NCBI GenBank assembly: GCA_945859975.1 | Contig: CAMAPH010000001.1 | Coordinates: forward strand, 64,001-128,000 | Direction: 5' to 3' | Source of the DNA: Chthonomonas calidirosea | GTDB taxonomy: Bacteria > Armatimonadota > Fimbriimonadia > Fimbriimonadales > Fimbriimonadaceae | Length of the DNA stretch: 64,000 nucleotides | In this document: positions 1 through 9,592 of the stretch, piece after piece | Numbering within the stretch: position 1 is the stretch's first letter | Layout of the letters: each line of letters begins with the position of its first letter | Notes under the pieces: model-generated | Told to the model about the DNA's origin: nothing | The model's database searches: none | What the model saw: the letters and a program-made list of their open reading frames with translations, nothing else | Translations under genes and position numbers: made by a program

Positions 1-1
1 C

Positions 2-1000
2 AAACCGGTAACGCTCACCCGAAAGTACATCCTCGGCGAAAAGGCGGCCTACCGAGTGCGTGCGGACATCCAGATTCAAAGCCGCGAGGGTGAACTCCGA
101 ACATTCATTCCCGAAGACGAGGGCCTCGAGTACGACTTCACCACCGAAGTCAAGCAACTTAAGCCGGACGGGATTGCCGACATCATCTATCGCCGTCCGA
201 CGATCAAAATCATCCAGGGGGAGACCTTTGATTCGGGCATCAAAACAACGACCGAAAAGATCAACTTAAACTATCTCCTGACTCTGTCGCCTATCAACGA
301 GGTCCTGGCGGATAAAGACCTGAATCCACCGAAGAAGGAGAAGGCGGGGCCGGACAAACTGAATCTAGCCAACAAGGCGGCAGTCACGCGAAAAGCACAG
401 GACTTTTTCGACGGGTTTATCGAAGAGGTTCAGCGCCTTTCCGTTTTCATCGGGTCGCTCGACTCTTCTCTGGACTTCAATCCGAAGTTCCCGTTTGATG
501 AAGTCGTCGCGGGAGACACTTGGAAGCGTACCGTTGGGTTCCAACCACAGAAGCTGAAAGGCACCGACGGGAAGCAGGCCGTGCAGCGGCTCGACATCAC
601 CTACACCTTCAAAGGCAGCACAAAGCGCGGACCGAAGGACGTCTACCGGATCGAGGCTGACCTGAATCACGAAACGGACTTGAGTCAATTCTTGAACCAG
701 CTTGCCGAAGTAGATTCGGAAATCACAGGAATTAAGCGCTTCCCCCTCCGGTTAAAGGCGAAGGTCACCTACGACATCGATCCGGCAACCGGCCGCACGC
801 TTGGGGCCGTTGCCGAGTCGGAAGGCGGCTACGAGGTCGTCCTCACGAGCAATGAGAACGATCCTATTGTCGAAGAAAAACTCAAGGGGCGAACCGTCAT
901 GTCGCTACTCAGCGTGACCAACCCGTCGTCGACCAAGAAAGCACCAGCCAAAAAGACTCCGCCGCCCAAGGGCAAAACCAAGGGCAAATCGAAAGGCTAA
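2..1000 (+). CDS. Hypothetical protein, 5'-truncated by the window edge, with a Lys/Pro-rich C-terminal tail
   Basis: The frame is open from position 2 (KPVTLTRKYILGEKAAYRVR...) into the 314-aa ORF. No family motif recognised. Confidence 0.7.
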   Translation, partial: KPVTLTRKYILGEKAAYRVRADIQIQSREGELRTFIPEDEGLEYDFTTEVKQLKPDGIADIIYRRPTIKIIQGETFDSGIKTTTEKINLNYLLTLSPINEVLADKDLNPPKKEKAGPDKLNLANKAAVTRKAQDFFDGFIEEVQRLSVFIGSLDSSLDFNPKFPFDEVVAGDTWKRTVGFQPQKLKGTDGKQAVQRLDITYTFKGSTKRGPKDVYRIEADLNHETDLSQFLNQLAEVDSEITGIKRFPLRLKAKVTYDIDPATGRTLGAVAESEGGYEVVLTSNENDPIVEEKLKGRTVMSLLSVTNPSSTKKAPAKKTPPPKGKTKGKSKG

Positions 1001-1015
1001 GTACACTGCCGAATC

Positions 1016-2692
1016 GTGAATTCGCCGAAGAAGCTCAACCTGTGGATCGCCATCGGGCTGTTTATCCTCGCCCTTGGCCTCCGCGGCTTTGGCATCGGTT
1101 GGGGACTGCAAAACGATCTCCACAATCAGAGCTATCACCCGGATGAACTCCCGATCTTTGCTGCTTCGCAACAGATCGTCCCGACCCAAGGCAAGTTCAC
1201 GCCCGGGTTTTACAACTACGGAACGCTGTATCTCACCGTCCTGCGGGTTGCGTCCGATGCCGTGACCGCCTACACCGGTGGACCCGCAGAAAATGATGCA
1301 AACAGCACCTGGGCCTGGGTGTCCCGCATCCACCTCGTTGGCCGATGGCTGAGTGCGCTTTGCGGAGCCGGAACGGTGGTGTTCGTATTTCTGACGCTGC
1401 GCCGTTTCATTGGTCAGTTCGGGGCGGTTTTTGGCGCGCTGGTTCCGCTCGTAGCTCCGGCGTTCGTGGTCCATTCCCGGTTCCAGACCGTCGACGTGCC
1501 CGCCACTTTCCTTCTCGCGGCTTCGACCTTCTTTGCCGTTCTTTTGCTCCCGACCGAGGACGATCCGGAGCCAAAAAACCTGATGCGCTGGGCGATGCTC
1601 AGCGGACTCTTCGCTGGCCTCAGTGCGGGCACCAAGTACACCGGCATCCTCGTTCTCGCGACTCTCATAATTGCCGCGTTCTTTGGCGCTAAGAAAGATT
1701 GGCTAAAGCTCTCCGCCGCCGCTATCGGAGTGGCGCTTCTTTCGTTCGTCATCTGCACCCCGGGCGTCCTGCTGGATACGACCGAGTTTCTCACCGACTT
1801 CAAATACGAAATGGCTCACACCAGCACCGGGCACGGTCTGGTGTTTGTCGGAACCTCGTCCGGGTTCCTCTATCACGTCAGCAACCTTCTCGTCGGCGTT
1901 GGTCCGCTTCTAACGCTCCTCGGAATCCTTGGTCTCGGAATCGGGGCCCGGCAGAAGCAGCCTTGGATTTTCGCGATCATCGCGTTTGCGTTGCTTTACT
2001 TCGTCCTTATCGGTCGTGCCGAGGTGAAGTTCCTTCGCTACACTTTCCCTCTTATCGTCGGCCTCGCCGCAGGGTTTGGGGTGTTCATGGACTACTGCGA
2101 GAAACAGCCGAACCTCGGTCGGATCGGCGCCGCCCTCGGCATTGCCGGAATCGGCGGAATCGATCCGGGAGGGATGCGGCAGGCGATTAACCTGACCCTT
2201 TGGATGACCGGAGACGACCCCCGAGATAGTGCGGTTCAATATTTGCGCACTCAGCAGGGCAACGTAGGGATCGCTAGCCTGCCGTGGTTTTATACGGCGC
2301 CCACCTATCGCAACGCAACCCTCGGCCCTCAGGCTTCGCTCAGCTCAAGTCTTGGCGAAATGCAAGAGACCGCAAATCCTCCAACCGTCTTCTTCGCGCA
2401 ATCACCCGATGACCCGTATGCGTTTAACTTAGGGTTGCTGGAGCAAACAAAACCAGACCGCATCGCGATTAGCTCATTCGAGTATGGCGATCCGCTTCGG
2501 ATCAAAGCGGCCGGAATTGAACCGAAAGATCCGGTGGAAAAGCTCCTCGTGGACCGGGCCGTAACTTTCATGGAAGCGATCAAAAAGGACTACGAAATCG
2601 ACAAAGCCTTCGGCATCGATGGGATTCGCATCCATGACTTGGAGTACATCCGTCCAGAGTTGATGGTATGGAAACGAAAGTCGACGAACTGA
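1016..2692 (+). CDS. GT-C membrane glycosyltransferase (ArnT/PMT-like, GT39/GT83)
   Basis: 558 aa, many TM segments, HPDE motif after TM1, plus HSRFQTVD and GLSAGTKY motifs. Confidence 0.8.
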   Translation: MNSPKKLNLWIAIGLFILALGLRGFGIGWGLQNDLHNQSYHPDELPIFAASQQIVPTQGKFTPGFYNYGTLYLTVLRVASDAVTAYTGGPAENDANSTWAWVSRIHLVGRWLSALCGAGTVVFVFLTLRRFIGQFGAVFGALVPLVAPAFVVHSRFQTVDVPATFLLAASTFFAVLLLPTEDDPEPKNLMRWAMLSGLFAGLSAGTKYTGILVLATLIIAAFFGAKKDWLKLSAAAIGVALLSFVICTPGVLLDTTEFLTDFKYEMAHTSTGHGLVFVGTSSGFLYHVSNLLVGVGPLLTLLGILGLGIGARQKQPWIFAIIAFALLYFVLIGRAEVKFLRYTFPLIVGLAAGFGVFMDYCEKQPNLGRIGAALGIAGIGGIDPGGMRQAINLTLWMTGDDPRDSAVQYLRTQQGNVGIASLPWFYTAPTYRNATLGPQASLSSSLGEMQETANPPTVFFAQSPDDPYAFNLGLLEQTKPDRIAISSFEYGDPLRIKAAGIEPKDPVEKLLVDRAVTFMEAIKKDYEIDKAFGIDGIRIHDLEYIRPELMVWKRKSTN

Positions 2693-3570
2693 AGCAAGAC
2701 GTTGCCTGGTTCCTCGACCACTTGAAGCATGAACGAGGAGCCAGCGAACACACCCTCCTCGCCTATCAGAACGACCTCCACGCCATCGCGATCCACTTCG
2801 CCGGTCAAGAACTGCCCCACTGGTCTCAACTGACCACGCCGATGCTTCTGAGCTTTGAAGCAACGCTTGGCGCCCCAATGGCGCGAACAAGCGCCCAGCG
2901 ACGCGTGAGTGCCCTACGATCCTTCCTAAAGTTCCTGAAGCGGAACAATGCGGGGCCAACTATTGACCTCCCCAGTACCGGAGGATTTAAGCCACCGAAG
3001 ACCCTTCCTAAAGCACTGACAAAGCCAAAGGTCAATGAGCTTCTTGCCGCGGCGGTCCCGGAAGAAGCCGCGACCTACCGAGACCGGGCTCTTTTTGAAC
3101 TCATTTACGGAGCAGGACTGAGAATCTCCGAAGCCGTCGGAATAACCCTGGATGCCGTCCGATTGAACGATCAGGTCATTCGGGTGACCGGAAAGCGCGG
3201 CAAGACCCGCGTGGTTCCACTTCCCGATGAAACCGCGCGGTGGCTTCGACAATATCTCGATGAAGCGAGACCCAAGCTCCTCAAAAAGCCGATGGAACAA
3301 CTCATCATCAGCGATACCGGAAAGGTGATGGCACGCCAGACTGCGTACCAGCGCATTCGGCGAATGGCCACCCTCGCGGGCATTGAGGGCCATTTGTCGC
3401 CGCACACCCTACGGCATACCTATGCCGTGCACCTTTTGCAGGGCGGCGCAGACCTCCGGGCCGTTCAAGAATTGCTTGGGCACGAGTCGATCGCCACGAC
3501 CCAGGTTTACACGCAATTGGAAATGGACGAGATTAGGAAGCGGTACCTCGATGCCCACCCGCGCCAATGA
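2668..3570 (+). CDS. xerD: Tyrosine recombinase XerD/XerC (housekeeping type)
   Basis: N-terminal SAM-like domain (SEHTLLAYQNDL) and full catalytic set: GLRISE, GKRGK, HTLRH, LGH, TQVY. Confidence 0.85.
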   Translation: METKVDELKQDVAWFLDHLKHERGASEHTLLAYQNDLHAIAIHFAGQELPHWSQLTTPMLLSFEATLGAPMARTSAQRRVSALRSFLKFLKRNNAGPTIDLPSTGGFKPPKTLPKALTKPKVNELLAAAVPEEAATYRDRALFELIYGAGLRISEAVGITLDAVRLNDQVIRVTGKRGKTRVVPLPDETARWLRQYLDEARPKLLKKPMEQLIISDTGKVMARQTAYQRIRRMATLAGIEGHLSPHTLRHTYAVHLLQGGADLRAVQELLGHESIATTQVYTQLEMDEIRKRYLDAHPRQ

Positions 3571-3576
3571 ATCCCG

Positions 3577-3789
3577 TTAGGCCGCTTGACTCACATCGGC
3601 GTCAATAGAGAACGCCGTTTCTCCCGTCAGAAGCATTTTCGTGATGTACGGCCGGCAGGTGCCGCACTTCGTGCCGCAACCAAACCTCTCGCTGGCTTCT
3701 TCTAGGGTAGCAACTCCCGCTTCCGATAGCTCCTCAAAGGTTACGTTAAAGCAGACGCAACGTCGAATGGGAGTCGGATCGAAGACCAC
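3577..3789 (-). CDS. BFD-like [2Fe-2S]-binding protein
   Basis: CVCFNVT...CGTKCGTCRP cysteine pattern, 70 aa. Confidence 0.8.
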   Translation of the reverse strand: MVFDPTPIRRCVCFNVTFEELSEAGVATLEEASERFGCGTKCGTCRPYITKMLLTGETAFSIDADVSQAA

Positions 3790-3807
3790 ACTGACAAATT
3801 ACGAAAC

Positions 3808-4845
3808 TTAGACCGGATTCGCATCCCAAATGTCCGCATTCGGTAGCGCATCTAGGCTGAAGTCGGATCGCTCGCCTCGCTCGAGGCGCCAAGACCCGGC
3901 CAGACCAATCATCGCGGCATTGTCTGTGCAAAGCGAAAACGCTGGCACGGCAAAGGCGGTGCCTCGCTTCCGAGCCTCTTCTGAGAGTCGCTCGCGAAGT
4001 GCAACGTTCGCCGCCACACCACCCACGAGCGAAAGGGCACGCACACCCGTTTCATCGATCGCGAGAAATGTCCGCTTGACCAGCACGCTGACAATCGCCT
4101 CCTGAAGGCTCGCAGCAGCGTCGGAAATGTTGATTTGATCCCCTTCGAGCTCGGTGAGCCGAAGCATGGCCGTCTTCAGACCGCTGAAACTAAAATCGGT
4201 CGTATCTCCGCGCAAGCCAACCGGAAGCTTATATCGCTTTGGGTTTCCCTCTTTGGCCGCTCGCTGGACGGCGAGCCCACCTGGATACCCGAGTCCCAAA
4301 AGGCGCGCCCCCTTATCGAACGCTTCACCGGCGGCGTCATCGATCGTCGCGCCGATCAGCCGATAATGGCCCGGAGCTTGAACGTGAACGAGCTCGGTGT
4401 GCCCACCCGAAACCACAAGCGCGACGTGCTCCGTAGGGAAATCCTCGTGTTCCGCGAAGATGCTGCAAAGGTGCCCTTCGAGGTGATGAACGCCCAAGAA
4501 CGGAATGCCAAGCGACATTGCGAGCGCTTTTGCGGAAGTCACCCCAACGCTTAACGCACCCACCAACCCCGGGCGATTAGTGATCGCAATTCCGCCAATT
4601 TCAGAGAGCGCGACTCCAGCCGAATCTAAAGCTTCACGAACAACCGGAATGATCGCCTCGACGTGCGCCCGGGACGCAGCCTCCGGCACGACACCGCCCC
4701 ACTTGGCGTGGAGTTCGATCTGGCTGGCAATTACGTTCGAGCGAATCTCGCGGCCAACCAACACGGCGGCACTGGTTTCGTCGCAACTCGACTCGATGGC
4801 GAGCAAGCGCTTCGTGAAGAAATTCAGTTCACGAACGAGGCTCAC
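3808..4845 (-). CDS. tsaD: tRNA N6-threonylcarbamoyltransferase TsaD
   Basis: LAIESSCDET, HHLEGH, VSGGHT, DDAAGEAFDK and TDNAAMI motifs. Start placed at GTG 4845 (GTGA overlap with the rimI stop) rather than the ORF-track start at 4884. Confidence 0.95.
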   Translation of the reverse strand: MSLVRELNFFTKRLLAIESSCDETSAAVLVGREIRSNVIASQIELHAKWGGVVPEAASRAHVEAIIPVVREALDSAGVALSEIGGIAITNRPGLVGALSVGVTSAKALAMSLGIPFLGVHHLEGHLCSIFAEHEDFPTEHVALVVSGGHTELVHVQAPGHYRLIGATIDDAAGEAFDKGARLLGLGYPGGLAVQRAAKEGNPKRYKLPVGLRGDTTDFSFSGLKTAMLRLTELEGDQINISDAAASLQEAIVSVLVKRTFLAIDETGVRALSLVGGVAANVALRERLSEEARKRGTAFAVPAFSLCTDNAAMIGLAGSWRLERGERSDFSLDALPNADIWDANPV

Positions 4846-5321
4846 CGGAACGGCGGCTCCCAACTCTTCAGGTCGTACAGCCACATCACGACGGCGTCTT
4901 CCTGATTATCGGGGTAGTACTTGCGCCGAACGGCGGCCCGTTGAAATCCGAGTCGCTCGTAAAGCCGGATCGCCACGTCGTTGCCAGCTCGTACCTCGAG
5001 CGTGCTGCAAAGCATGCCTTGATCTCGGGCCGCCGAGAGCAACTCGATCACGAGTCGACGCCCGATTCCTTGTCGCTGGACCTCAGGCTTCACCGCCACC
5101 GTCGTAATGTGCGCCTCGTCGATCACGAGCCAGACGCCGCCGTACCCGACCACCTCACCGTCCTGAATCGCAACTCGAAAAATGCCGTTGTCGTGGTTCA
5201 GCTCGTTGCGAAAAGCACGCTCGGACCATGGTGCGGTGTTCACCGTAGGCTCAATCAACAAAAGAGCAGACAAGTGCGACTCGTCGAATTTCTCAAGTCG
5301 AAGGGTGGATTTAACGGACAT
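4842..5321 (-). CDS. rimI: Ribosomal protein S18-alanine N-acetyltransferase (GNAT)
   Basis: QRQGIG acetyl-CoA motif, LEVRAGN..A..LY..LGF, R.KYY..EDA; adjacent to tsaD. Confidence 0.9.
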   Translation of the reverse strand: MSVKSTLRLEKFDESHLSALLLIEPTVNTAPWSERAFRNELNHDNGIFRVAIQDGEVVGYGGVWLVIDEAHITTVAVKPEVQRQGIGRRLVIELLSAARDQGMLCSTLEVRAGNDVAIRLYERLGFQRAAVRRKYYPDNQEDAVVMWLYDLKSWEPPFR

Positions 5322-5339
5322 GGGGATCCTTACTCGGCG

Positions 5340-6041
5340 TTATCCGCCCAGATACGCTTCTTTGACCTTTGGATTCGCGAGGAGCGACTTACCGGTATCG
5401 GAAAGGACAATCTTGCCCGTTTCCAAAACGTAGGCTCGGTGCGCGATTTCTAGCGCCCGGTTCGCGTTTTGCTCAACGAGAAGGATTGTCGTGCCTTCCT
5501 TGTTCAGGTCAAGCACGATGTTGAAAATCTCGGTTACGAGGTTCGGGGCCAGTCCAAGGCTCGGCTCATCGAGAAGCAAAATTTCAGGGCGAGCCATGAG
5601 CGCGCGACCAATAGCGAGCATTTGCTGCTCTCCGCCGGACATCGTCCCGGAGTTCTGCTTGAATCGCTCCCGAAGGCGAGGGAATCGTTTCAGAACGTGC
5701 TCCATGTCGTCCGCAACTCCGGCGTCCTTCCGAATGAAAGCGCCAAGTTGCAGGTTCTCGTGAACCGACATGTTCGTAAAAATGCGTCGGCCCTCGGGCG
5801 AGTGAGAGATTCCCGCGCGCACGATGTCGTGCGGAGCCATCGTCGTCAGGTCCTTACCCTTGAAGCTCATCGTGCCCGTTCGAGGGCGGAGAAGCCCGCT
5901 GATCGTGCGCAACAGGGTGCTCTTTCCGGCACCGTTACTGCCAATAATTGCCACGATTTCGCCAGGTTCAACTTTGACGGTGACGTCTTCTAGCGCATGA
6001 ATAGCGCCGTAGTAAACGTTGATGTTGCGAATGTCGAGCAT
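5340..6041 (-). CDS. livF: Branched-chain amino acid ABC transporter ATP-binding subunit
   Basis: GSNGAGKST, PEGRRIF, SGGEQQML, LLLDEPSLGLAP, LVEQN motifs. Confidence 0.9.
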   Translation of the reverse strand: MLDIRNINVYYGAIHALEDVTVKVEPGEIVAIIGSNGAGKSTLLRTISGLLRPRTGTMSFKGKDLTTMAPHDIVRAGISHSPEGRRIFTNMSVHENLQLGAFIRKDAGVADDMEHVLKRFPRLRERFKQNSGTMSGGEQQMLAIGRALMARPEILLLDEPSLGLAPNLVTEIFNIVLDLNKEGTTILLVEQNANRALEIAHRAYVLETGKIVLSDTGKSLLANPKVKEAYLGG

Positions 6042-6081
6042 CGGGAACCTTTGGTGATACCAGAACCGGGCGTTGGTTCGG

Positions 6082-7293
6082 CTAAAGCCGGTCCAACCAG
6101 CGGGTCAGAAATTGCCGTTCCAGCATATTTTGCGTGCTCGCCAGGGCCAAGTTGAGCGAGTCCCGTGCCTCCATAGGTCGGCCCATCCTCTCCAATAGCC
6201 ATCCGTGGATGGTGTGGGTATGAACGTAACCGACGAGGCTTCGCCGGTCGGCACTTACGACTGCTTCCCATCTCTGTAGGCCCGCGATCGGTCCCTCTGC
6301 CATCGCAATCGCGACGCACTCGTTCAGGCAGGCAATGGGTGACGGAAACCGTTCTACGAGATCGCCAAAGTACTGCCGAACTTCCACCCAATCCGTCGCC
6401 TCAAAGCTGGCAGCTCGGGCGTGGCAGCCGGCGATCGCTGCCTCAATGTGATACCGGCTGAGGATATCTCCCCGCAAAGAGGCTTCCAGGTACCAAAAGC
6501 CAGCCGCGATCCGCTCCCGATCCCACAAAGATCGATCCTGATCTGCCAACTGAACTAGGCTGCCATCTTCGGCCACTCGCGCCGGAAACCGGGAACGGTG
6601 AAAGTGAAGGAGCGCCAGCAATGCATCCGCAGCCGGATCGTCTCCAATTCGGGAAGCCCGAAATCTCTCGACTAACAGGATTGCCTCGTCACAAAGGTCA
6701 GAACGCACAAGCTGGCTGCCAGAAGACGCCAAATGCCCCTCGTTAAACATGAGATAGATCGATCTCAGGACCACGTCCTTTGCGCTGAAGAGCTGATCTC
6801 CGGTCGGGAGGCTGAAGGTGGCTCCGGTCTCCCGTAAGCGTCGCTTTGCTCGGACAATCCGCTGAGAAATGGCTTCGCTAGTGGTAAGCAGTCCTGCCGA
6901 AATTTCAGCGACGCTCATTCCGCAAAGGGTGTGAAGAATGAGACAAGTCGTCGACGCCTCGTCTAGGCTGCGATGGCAGCACATGAAGAGCATCTGCAAC
7001 TCCGCGTCCTCCAGCGCATCCGGGTCAAAAGTCGGAGCGGCGAGTTCCTCTGATTCGGGCGCATAAATCTGCTCCCGTCGCAAGCCGTCAATCAGGGCAT
7101 GCGTTGCGACTACATAAAGCCAAGCGCCTGGGTTCTGAGGAACGCCACTCGCGGGCCAGGATTGGGTTGCCTTTACAAAGGCCGACTGGACGGCATCCTC
7201 CGCGCGATCCTGATTCCCAATCCCAAATCGAGCCACTAGCCGAGCAAGAATCCTGGAGGATTCGCGGCGAAACGAAACCTCCAGTTCTTTCAA
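6082..7293 (-). CDS. ECF sigma factor with C-terminal TPR extension (ECF42-like, DUF6596)
   Basis: AEDAVQ.AF..A...WP..GVP.NP.AWL, LFMCCH, YLMFNEG, LADQDRSLWD and AAIAGCHA motifs; directly downstream of a YCII gene. Confidence 0.85.
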   Translation of the reverse strand: MKELEVSFRRESSRILARLVARFGIGNQDRAEDAVQSAFVKATQSWPASGVPQNPGAWLYVVATHALIDGLRREQIYAPESEELAAPTFDPDALEDAELQMLFMCCHRSLDEASTTCLILHTLCGMSVAEISAGLLTTSEAISQRIVRAKRRLRETGATFSLPTGDQLFSAKDVVLRSIYLMFNEGHLASSGSQLVRSDLCDEAILLVERFRASRIGDDPAADALLALLHFHRSRFPARVAEDGSLVQLADQDRSLWDRERIAAGFWYLEASLRGDILSRYHIEAAIAGCHARAASFEATDWVEVRQYFGDLVERFPSPIACLNECVAIAMAEGPIAGLQRWEAVVSADRRSLVGYVHTHTIHGWLLERMGRPMEARDSLNLALASTQNMLERQFLTRWLDRL

Positions 7294-7299
7294 TTGACC

Positions 7300-7632
7300 T
7301 CAGTAGCTCATTTGAGCGCGAAGTTCGATGTTTCCGCCGTACTCCAAAGACGGACAGTCCTTGGCAATTGCGGTCGCTTCATCCCAGTCAGCGGCCGTAA
7401 AGACGTAGTAGCCGCCGATCATCTCTTTAGCTTCTGCGAACGGACCGTCGGTGGCAACCCCTTCTGCTCCGATCCGAACAATCTTTGCGTCCAGTCCTTC
7501 AGCGTCAACGAACCGCCCTTCTTCTCGAAGTCGAGCCGCAAAAGCCTGGTACTTCTGCAAACCTTCCTGCATCTGGGCGGGCGAAAGCTCGGCCCACTTA
7601 TCTTCACCTTTGATCAAGATCACGAATTTCAT
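7300..7632 (-). CDS. YCII/DGPF-domain protein
   Basis: TDGPFAEAKEMIGGYY signature. Confidence 0.9.
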   Translation of the reverse strand: MKFVILIKGEDKWAELSPAQMQEGLQKYQAFAARLREEGRFVDAEGLDAKIVRIGAEGVATDGPFAEAKEMIGGYYVFTAADWDEATAIAKDCPSLEYGGNIELRAQMSY

Positions 7633-7669
7633 GTTTTTTCCTGCGAGCAGATCGGCTCGTCACTAGCTT

Positions 7670-7696
7670 GCCGAACGGGAGTCCACAAAACCGACA
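7670..7696 (-). promoter_or_regulatory. Putative ECF42-type autoregulatory promoter for the YCII-ECF operon
   Basis: Minus strand reads TGTCGG-N17-CGGC (TGTCGGttttgtggactCCCGTTCGGC), close to the TGTCGA...CGWC consensus for ECF42 targets; about 40 nt upstream of the YCII start. Confidence 0.55.
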
Positions 7697-7703
7697 AGCA
7701 TTT

Positions 7704-8852
7704 TCAGACTTTTTCGAGAACGGGCAAAATTTCCTCGACGACCGTTTTTTCGCCGACGCCAAAACTCAGCGTCATCCCCGCTCCGCCGATCGCGCCGACC
7801 ACAAAGACGTTCGGCTCAGGTTTCAGAACGAGATAGGGCTCCGTCGGGTGTTTGCCGTACACACCTTCCCACCGTTGCGTGATCGCGAGTTTGTCCGTTG
7901 GAAGGAACGTATCCAGATAGCCGAGAATCATGTCGTCCACGGCTTCGCTGGAATACGGCATGTGGTGCGGGCCGTAATGGTGCGAGTCGCCAATCGTGAC
8001 CGAGCCATCGGCATGTTGACTCACCAGCACATGAACGCCGTTCTCCAACAGCGGCGCATGATCGGCCTCGAGCCGTGCCCGAAGCTGCGGAAGAGTTGGG
8101 CAGTCTCGGAAGCTTTGGTAATGAAGCGAGGTCAAACCAGCACACAAGTGGGTTCCGATCCGATAGCTAGCTTCCTGCGGCGTGGCCCGAAGCATTTGCA
8201 AACGAACCTGAACCATGCCGTTCTCGACAAGTAGCGGACCGTAAACACCCGAAACTCCGGCACCGGGACAGACGACAATGGCCCGGGCTGAGATCCGCGC
8301 GGAATCGGTGACGACCTCACCTTGATCCACCACGAGCGCCGAGTCGCCAAACCGAAAGTCGACATCGAACTTTGTCGTGAGATACGACGCGATTTCCGCG
8401 ACCGCAGTCCTCGGATCGACGCAAAGCTCATGCGGTGACCACAAACCGCCTAGGAGGCCTTCCTGACGCAGTTGCGGGGCTTTTTGAAGCGCCGCGTCAT
8501 GCGAGAGAACAACTCCAACCTCTTCTCCCGCACTGGCCGCGAACTCGTTAAGAACTTGCAGTTCGTCCTCGTGGTAAGCGACGTGGAGCGACCCGCACGC
8601 TTCGAACCACAATCCGGCATCCTGGCAAACCTCCCGCCATAGGTCTCGACTTTGGAGCGCTAAGTCACGCATCGGGCCAAGAGGTTGCCCAATGGGCCAG
8701 ACCATTCCAAAGTTACGCACCGAGGCCGAAGACGCGAAGGGGTGCCGCTCGATGACCGTGACCCGATGGCCACGTTTGGCGAGGGCATAGGCATGGGCAA
8801 GCCCGACAATTCCCGCCCCTACCACCACCGCATCGGTCTGCTGACGAATCAT
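7704..8852 (-). CDS. FAD-dependent oxidoreductase, TIGR03364-like (DAO family, phosphonate-cluster associated)
   Basis: VVGAGIVGLAHA Rossmann motif, ASVRNFGMVWPIGQ, IGDSH, GGAGMTLSF. Start set at ATG 8852 (MIRQQTD). Confidence 0.85.
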   Translation of the reverse strand: MIRQQTDAVVVGAGIVGLAHAYALAKRGHRVTVIERHPFASSASVRNFGMVWPIGQPLGPMRDLALQSRDLWREVCQDAGLWFEACGSLHVAYHEDELQVLNEFAASAGEEVGVVLSHDAALQKAPQLRQEGLLGGLWSPHELCVDPRTAVAEIASYLTTKFDVDFRFGDSALVVDQGEVVTDSARISARAIVVCPGAGVSGVYGPLLVENGMVQVRLQMLRATPQEASYRIGTHLCAGLTSLHYQSFRDCPTLPQLRARLEADHAPLLENGVHVLVSQHADGSVTIGDSHHYGPHHMPYSSEAVDDMILGYLDTFLPTDKLAITQRWEGVYGKHPTEPYLVLKPEPNVFVVGAIGGAGMTLSFGVGEKTVVEEILPVLEKV

Positions 8853-8905
8853 ACAACGGATTTTACTAAGGCAGATATCGTGAGTTCGCAAGGTACAACG
8901 CGTGC

Positions 8906-9592
8906 ATGTTCGATTTGGCAGTTTTCGATTTGGCGGGCACAACGGTGATGGATGATCCAAATGGCGTGGCAAAGTGCCTCGTGGATGCGGTCGTTGCCGG
9001 CGGGTTTGAGACCAGTTTTGAGCAGGCCAACGAATACATGGGCATCAAGAAGATCGTTGCGATCCGGAAATTAGCTCCCACCGCATCGGACGAGGCCGTC
9101 GAAGCGATGCACGAAGACTTTCGGCAACGAATGCTGACCTACTATCGAACCGAACCTAGCGTCGGCGCCTATGCTGGAATCGAGGTTCTGTTCTCAGAAC
9201 TCCAATCTTGCGGGGTCAAAATCGGAATCGACACCGGCTTCGATACTGAAACTGTGGACACCATTTTGGACCGCCTCGGATGGCACGACAAGCTCGATGC
9301 TCGGTCTGCCAGCGACCGAGTGCCCGAAGGACGCCCCGCGCCATTTATGATCCAAGACCTCATGGCCCAGGTCGGCTGCCAAGACCCCGGTCAGGTGATC
9401 AAAATCGGCGACACTCCCAGCGACCTGCACGAAGGCACCAATGCCGGATGCGGCTTGGTGATTGGCGTTACTTACGGTACGCATACTCGGGAGCAGTTGC
9501 AGCCACATCCCCACACCCACCTTGTGGACAGCGTTGAAGAGCTACACACGCTCCTTTTGATGATGCTCGCTAGTTCACTTCTGGACTTGTGA
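8906..9592 (+). CDS. Phosphonatase-like HAD hydrolase (TIGR03351-like)
   Basis: FDLAGTT motif I, MGIKK cap lysine, [21 protein letters not shown]. Confidence 0.8.
   Translation: MFDLAVFDLAGTTVMDDPNGVAKCLVDAVVAGGFETSFEQANEYMGIKKIVAIRKLAPTASDEAVEAMHEDFRQRMLTYYRTEPSVGAYAGIEVLFSELQSCGVKIGIDTGFDTETVDTILDRLGWHDKLDARSASDRVPEGRPAPFMIQDLMAQVGCQDPGQVIKIGDTPSDLHEGTNAGCGLVIGVTYGTHTREQLQPHPHTHLVDSVEELHTLLLMMLASSLLDL

Noticed and set aside
2668..3570. XerD as the integrase of the tRNA-Ala island
   Set aside because: It has housekeeping Xer size and motifs, lacks an arm-binding domain, and lies 25 kb away among core genes.
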